DNA of 64,000 nt from an uncultured Alphaproteobacteria bacterium (GTDB lineage Bacteria > Pseudomonadota > Alphaproteobacteria > Caulobacterales > Caulobacteraceae). Under the pieces are notes generated by a model, which saw only the letters and a program-made list of their open reading frames with translations, ran no database searches and had not been told where the DNA came from. The stretch's first letter is position 1. Every line of letters begins with the position of its first letter. The stretch spans positions 1,103,285-1,167,284 of the forward strand of contig CAWCDF010000002.1 in the NCBI GenBank assembly GCA_963794315.1. Reading direction: 5' to 3'. The position numbers and the translations under genes are program-made. This document shows positions 58,910 to 64,000 of the stretch, piece after piece.

Positions 58910-61714
58910 ATGTCTGACACTTCGCGTATGCGGAGCGCGCTGGTCATGGGCGCCTCGGTGGTCACGCTGGCCGCGCTGGCCGCTCCGGCCTTGGCGCAGA
59001 CAGGAGGCGCCGGCGCAGCTCCCATCGTTATCGTGACGGCGGAAAAGCGCACGGCCAACATTCAGAGCGTCCCTATCGCGGTGACCGCGTTCACCGCCCA
59101 CCAGCGCTCGATCGAAGGCATCAGCACTATCCAGGACATGACCGACTTCACGCCGGGCCTCACCTACTCCAGCCAGCTGGACCGGCCGGCCATGCGCGGC
59201 CTGTCGCGGAACAACAACATCTACACCTCCAACTCGGCGGTCGCCGTCTACGACAACGACGCCTTCACCAACTCGACCTTCCTCGCCGGCCGCGACGACA
59301 TGTTCGTCGACCAGGTGGAAGTGCTGCTGGGTCCGCAGGGCACCTTGTATGGCCGCAACTCGGTCGGCGGCTTGATCAACGTGCAATCCCGCCGCCCGAC
59401 CAGCACATGGACCGGCGAAATCCGCGAGATCTACGGCAGCTACGACTACAACAAGATCGAGGGCACGGTTTCTGGCCCCCTCCCCATCGACGGCCTGAAG
59501 TTCCGCCTGTCGGCCTTCGACATCAATCAGAACCAGGGCTACTACAAGAACGTGGCGGGAGGCGTCTCACAAGGCGACGTGCGCCACGATCCGTACGTCG
59601 AACTGCAGCTCCAGTACGATGCGCCCCACGACAGCGTCTGGGCGTACTGGTACGACATCGGCTTCAACGCCGACCGCGGCGGCCCCGGCTCGCTGATCGG
59701 CACGCCGACGACCGGCCCGTACGAAGGGGCGCTGGTCGGCAACGGCGAGCTGACATTCAATCCGAACTTTGGCTGGAACCCGGGCGTCGGTGCCAATGGC
59801 GTCACCCTGACCCCTATACCCGCCGGGCCAGCGAACCCGGCATTCCTGTCAGGCGCCGCCCAGGGTCCGATCGCTGGATCAGTGGTCGGCCTGGTGCCCG
59901 GCTTCACCAACAACCCGACCGGGACGAGCATCAGCAAGATCCGTCAGACCGCGTTGTCGGAACCGACGAGCATCTACGTCAACGCTGCCTTTACCTACAA
60001 CCTCCACTGGATCCACCACTTCGACGGATTCGATACGAAGTACGTCGGGGCCTACAGCCAGTATCACTACGCGCTCACGACGAATAACTTCCTGAACGGC
60101 GAGTCCAGCATCACGCAGTACCAGATCCCGATTGCGCCGCTCGCGGCGGGCGGCGAGTGCGCGACGCTGAATTTCCTCGCCTCGATCGGCAATCCCCACG
60201 GCGTGCCGTGCGGTCCGCTCACAGTGAACCCGAGCTCGCGCTTCACGTACGACACCCAAACCGATTGGTGGAGCAACGAGATCACGCTGACCTCGACCAC
60301 CAAGGGTCCGCTGCAGTGGATCGCCGGCCTCTACCAATATCAGGAAACCGACGACAACCCCGAGACTGCGTACGACATGCACCAGGCGCAGCTGGCGTTT
60401 CCCGTCGGCGGGCCACCGAACCCGCACCACTACATCTTCGACCTAGACTATCAGGACAACATTCAGAGCTACGGCGTTTACGGCCAGTTGGACTACAAGA
60501 TCACCGATACCGTGAAGCTGACCGGCGGCCTGCGCTACAGCGACGACCAGAAGACCGTCACCGAAGAGGCGCGGTACGTCGGCTTCGAAAATCTGGGCAG
60601 CTGCATTGGGATCGCTTCGTGCGCCTTCTCGCCGTTGGCGGGGCTGAACGCCGAGAACCTCGGCTCGCTGCTTCCGGCGCTCGACTTCACCGCGGCCCTG
60701 GTCAACCCGAGCGGACAGCCGGCCGGCGTTCCGGGCCTCGCCAAGGGCGTGAAGTGCCTCGGCCATCCTGGCACGGGCCAGTTCGCGGGCTTCGAGGTCC
60801 GCTGCCTCGGTGACACCTCCAACGCCGTCACCGGCACCGGCGGCATCGAGTGGACGCCCGACAGCCAGACGCTGGCCTACCTGCGCTACAACCGAGGGTA
60901 CAAGGCGTTCTCGCTCAATTCGGGCTTCGTCGGCACTCGGCCGGAAGCGGCGCCGGAGTACGTGGACGACTTCGAAGGTGGCATCAAGAAGACGTTCGAT
61001 CGCACCTTCACGGTCGACGCCGACGCCTTCTACTACAACTATACGCAGAGCCAGATTCCGATCGGCGTGAACGTCGGAGGCGTGATCGTTACCGAGTTCG
61101 TCAACATCCCGAAGTCGATCTCGACCGGGGTCGAGTTCACCCTGGCCTGGCAGCCGATAGAGCACCTCGAACTGAGCCTCGTCTACGGCTACGACTTCAC
61201 CCAGATCCAATCGGCTTGCACCGCGTTGCCCGGCGGCGGCGCCACCGGCACCTGCTTCGCGGACTCCCAGGACCCGCACGCGGTGGCCCCGGGCGCCCAC
61301 CCGGTTGGCGGCACCGCCCTGCAAAGCGTGAAGGGCGCGGAGCTGCCGCAGGCGCCGCCGAACAAGGTGGGCTTCAACGCCAACTACACCTGGGTGTTCG
61401 ATCCGGGCAGCCTGACCATCTCCGGCTCCTACGTGTGGAAGGATGCGTCCTACTCCGCGATCTTCGACCGTTTCTACTACCGGGCGCCGGCCTGGGATCA
61501 GGTCGACCTCAGGGCGACGTGGAGCGGCGACCACGACCATTACGAGGTCGTGCTCTATGTGAAGAACCTGTTCAACACGCTTGGCTATGACGCCGCCGCC
61601 GGTGGTGGCATTGAGCTGCAGCCGGTTGGCGGTGGAGCGCAGACCTGGGTCAGCTCCTACGACCTGACGCCGCCTCGCCTGTTCGGCATCGAGTTGCACT
61701 ACAAGTTCTTCTAG
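58910..61714 (+). CDS. TonB-dependent receptor
   Basis: Signal peptide, IVTAEKR, VEVLLGPQGTLYGRNS, C-terminal YKFF. Confidence 0.95.
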   Translation: MSDTSRMRSALVMGASVVTLAALAAPALAQTGGAGAAPIVIVTAEKRTANIQSVPIAVTAFTAHQRSIEGISTIQDMTDFTPGLTYSSQLDRPAMRGLSRNNNIYTSNSAVAVYDNDAFTNSTFLAGRDDMFVDQVEVLLGPQGTLYGRNSVGGLINVQSRRPTSTWTGEIREIYGSYDYNKIEGTVSGPLPIDGLKFRLSAFDINQNQGYYKNVAGGVSQGDVRHDPYVELQLQYDAPHDSVWAYWYDIGFNADRGGPGSLIGTPTTGPYEGALVGNGELTFNPNFGWNPGVGANGVTLTPIPAGPANPAFLSGAAQGPIAGSVVGLVPGFTNNPTGTSISKIRQTALSEPTSIYVNAAFTYNLHWIHHFDGFDTKYVGAYSQYHYALTTNNFLNGESSITQYQIPIAPLAAGGECATLNFLASIGNPHGVPCGPLTVNPSSRFTYDTQTDWWSNEITLTSTTKGPLQWIAGLYQYQETDDNPETAYDMHQAQLAFPVGGPPNPHHYIFDLDYQDNIQSYGVYGQLDYKITDTVKLTGGLRYSDDQKTVTEEARYVGFENLGSCIGIASCAFSPLAGLNAENLGSLLPALDFTAALVNPSGQPAGVPGLAKGVKCLGHPGTGQFAGFEVRCLGDTSNAVTGTGGIEWTPDSQTLAYLRYNRGYKAFSLNSGFVGTRPEAAPEYVDDFEGGIKKTFDRTFTVDADAFYYNYTQSQIPIGVNVGGVIVTEFVNIPKSISTGVEFTLAWQPIEHLELSLVYGYDFTQIQSACTALPGGGATGTCFADSQDPHAVAPGAHPVGGTALQSVKGAELPQAPPNKVGFNANYTWVFDPGSLTISGSYVWKDASYSAIFDRFYYRAPAWDQVDLRATWSGDHDHYEVVLYVKNLFNTLGYDAAAGGGIELQPVGGGAQTWVSSYDLTPPRLFGIELHYKFF

Positions 61715-61731
61715 TCGCGACAAGAACCTTC

Positions 61732-61762
61732 AGGGGCGCGGCCTTCGGGCCGCGCCCCTTTC
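61732..61762 (+). terminator. Rho-independent terminator
   Basis: AGGGGCGCGGCC-TTCG-GGCCGCGCCCCT followed by TTT. Confidence 0.85.
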
Positions 61763-61993
61763 AATTTTGCGGACGGTGGCAGAGAGACGGCGAACCGCCG
61801 CCGGTGCACGGCGGCCACAATGGCTTCGGCTTGCCTTTCGCTGAACGCGTCGTCGGATTGACATCGTACATCACCTGGCGAAGCATCCGATTGGGTGCGG
61901 CGCTTCGGAACGGGACGCCGTTCTCGACACGGGAAACAATCAGCGTGCGGTGTCGGCTGCGGTTGGCCGGTCGCACCAAAGGGGGGGTCTCAA

Positions 61994-64000
61994 ATGTCCG
62001 GTACGTCGGGTTTGCGTAGCGCGCTCATTATGGGCGCTTCGGGTGTCGCAATGGCCGTCATAGCGGCGCCGGCGATGGCTCAGACGAGCTCGGGTCAAGC
62101 GGCGTCGGGCCAGGGCGGCGAAGCCCAGGTGGTCGTTATCGCCCAGCACACCGCGACCCGGCTGCAGAAGATCCCAGTCGCCGTTTCGGTGTTCACCAGC
62201 GCCCAGCGAGACCGCTCGGGGATCCAGACCGTTCAGGACGTCACCAACTTCGCGCCAGGCTTCACCTACGACACGGTGACGGTGAACGCCGGCATGCGCG
62301 GGGTCGTGCGTCAATCATTCAACGTGACCGACGACTCGCGCGTCGCCGCTTACGAAGACGAGTTCTTCGTCTATTCGCCCTACAATCTGAACAAGTCCTC
62401 CCTGTTCCTCACCCAGGAGCAGATCGAGCGCGGTCCGCAGAACGTCGGCGGCCGTCCGGCCGAGGGCGGGTCGATCGACATGATTGCGGTCCGGCCCACC
62501 GACCAACCCTATGCCGAACTGCGCGCGTCGATCGCCAACTACGACATGTACGAGGTTGAAGGCGCGGCGTCCGGCCAGGTCGCTCCGGGCCTGGACGTAC
62601 GTGTCGCGGGAGAGTGGGACTATCAGGGCCAGGGCTACTTCAAGAACGTGGTCGGCGGGCCCTCCGAGTTCAGCAAGATCGACAACTGGCACCTCGAAGG
62701 CGCGTTCACCTGGAAGCCGAGCTCGGACTTCGACTTCTACGCCCGCGGCTATGTCTCGGGTTGGCTGCCAGACGAGGGCAACGCCGGCAGCCGGCAGACG
62801 CGGACGATCGGCGACTGGGACGAAACCAATATCGACGAGCCGAACGCCGGCACGTTCGGCGTGAACGGTTCGCTCTATATAAACCCGAATTACGGCTACG
62901 CGGCGATAACGCCCGGGGCGGCGGCGGGCGCGGCGGCTGTCGGCCTTTCCGAGTTTCTCGGCGGCGGCGTTCCGCAAGAGCTGCCGATCGCCGCCACTCT
63001 GAAGACACCGGGCATCTTCAACAATCCGCAGACCGCCAACGCCTGGAAGTTCGCGGCGGTTGGCCCTGTGACCACCTCGCTCGCGAACTACAACGACCTG
63101 AACTACATCGCCACCTATCACCTGCGCAATGCCGACATAAAGTACATCGGCGGCATCCAGGGCTACGACTACAAGCTAAACTTCGATGAAGTCGACACCG
63201 ACGTGACCAGCTTCACGCTGCCGGGCAGCGCCTTCGGCGAGCAGGCGGCGATCGTCGACAACGTGTTCGCGCCAGGGACCGCCGCTGCATTGGGCATTCC
63301 CTTGGCGGCGGCAGAGGCTGCGCTGACCGCAGCGCTGCCGGCGCCGAGCACGCTGACCGTCAATCCCATCGACACGGTGAACTTCAAGGAGAATGACTGG
63401 TGGACCAGTCACGAAATCTCCATCCAGTCGACAGACACCAACCCGTTCCAGTACATCGTAGGATTTCACTATTACTACCAGCAGTACGCCAACCCGATTC
63501 TCTTTAACGCCAACCAGCCGAACCTGGCCAAGCCGATTCTTCTTGGACCTCTCGCGGCCGACGGCTTCGACCCGTTTATTCCGGGCGCGCTCCAGCCAGC
63601 GGCGGCGAACCCGCACGACCTGTTGGCCGTGTCGTCATACCAGTTCGAGAGCCAGAGCGAGGCGGTCTACGGCCAGGCGTCGTACAAGATTACGGATGAG
63701 CTCAAGGTCACGGCCAATCTGCGCTACAGCGCAGACCAGAAGTGGGGCAACCAGGAAGCGCGCGACATCGCATTCGGAGGTTCGGCGACCACTGGTCTCT
63801 ACAACCTTCTCATCCCGCTGTACGGCGCCGCGACCCCGGCGATCGACGAGACATTGGCGGCCGTCTGCCTATCCGGCAACGATGGGAACAACGGCGCGGA
63901 CTGCAACACGACGGCTGCCGGCCTTGGCAAGGGCGTGAAGAGCATGGGCGTCATCCAGCCCAACGGGAACGCTTTCCGCTCGCTCAGTGGGACCGACAGC
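61994..64000 (+). CDS. TonB-dependent receptor paralog, runs off the window end
   Basis: MSGTSGLRSALIMGAS signal peptide similar to the upstream receptor; plug motifs VQDVTNFAPG and IERGPQ; window ends in frame. Confidence 0.9.
   Translation, partial: MSGTSGLRSALIMGASGVAMAVIAAPAMAQTSSGQAASGQGGEAQVVVIAQHTATRLQKIPVAVSVFTSAQRDRSGIQTVQDVTNFAPGFTYDTVTVNAGMRGVVRQSFNVTDDSRVAAYEDEFFVYSPYNLNKSSLFLTQEQIERGPQNVGGRPAEGGSIDMIAVRPTDQPYAELRASIANYDMYEVEGAASGQVAPGLDVRVAGEWDYQGQGYFKNVVGGPSEFSKIDNWHLEGAFTWKPSSDFDFYARGYVSGWLPDEGNAGSRQTRTIGDWDETNIDEPNAGTFGVNGSLYINPNYGYAAITPGAAAGAAAVGLSEFLGGGVPQELPIAATLKTPGIFNNPQTANAWKFAAVGPVTTSLANYNDLNYIATYHLRNADIKYIGGIQGYDYKLNFDEVDTDVTSFTLPGSAFGEQAAIVDNVFAPGTAAALGIPLAAAEAALTAALPAPSTLTVNPIDTVNFKENDWWTSHEISIQSTDTNPFQYIVGFHYYYQQYANPILFNANQPNLAKPILLGPLAADGFDPFIPGALQPAAANPHDLLAVSSYQFESQSEAVYGQASYKITDELKVTANLRYSADQKWGNQEARDIAFGGSATTGLYNLLIPLYGAATPAIDETLAAVCLSGNDGNNGADCNTTAAGLGKGVKSMGVIQPNGNAFRSLSGTDS

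Noticed and set aside
1-64000. Prophage, IS or integron
   Set aside because: No integrase, transposase, phage structural gene or attC-like array recognised

Overview
GC-rich alphaproteobacterial DNA; gene content and order point to Caulobacteraceae (inference). From left to right: (i) a GT1 glycosyltransferase and a Caulobacter-type chemotaxis operon (mcp-cheX-cheY-cheA-cheW-cheR-cheY-cheD-cheU-like) that lacks cheB; (ii) a thiolase and a DUF402 gene; (iii) a ~33 kb deoxy-sugar/pentose catabolic region (10.1-43.5 kb) with a DeoR regulator, TonB receptor, GH3, GH78 and GH172 glycosidases, the rhaM/I/K/D L-rhamnose pathway, an oxidative L-fucose/D-arabinose-type branch, an esterase and three PhyH-family Fe(II)/2OG dioxygenases. 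Five promoter regions in it share 10-bp-phased (G/A)(A/C)TCA repeats, and accessory inserts (VapBC, TIR-gene stubs, MFS, ada-alkA/ogt, PilZ) interrupt it; (iv) two back-to-back AbrB-VapC modules, a GMC oxidoreductase, a diiron protein, a glutathione-dependent formaldehyde dehydrogenase, a sulfatase, an aminotransferase and a double serine hydrolase; (v) an uncharacterised LysR / hypothetical-GNAT-degenerate isochorismatase-XRE module followed by two paralogous TonB receptors. Two families of intergenic palindromic repeats are present. About ten genes carry small indels that look like assembly errors. Best candidates for a new system: a regulon that may O-demethylate and catabolise methylated rhamnose/fucose and D-arabinose; repeated promoter-bearing TIR stubs; the LysR-GNAT module. 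All calls come from reading motifs by eye, without database searches.
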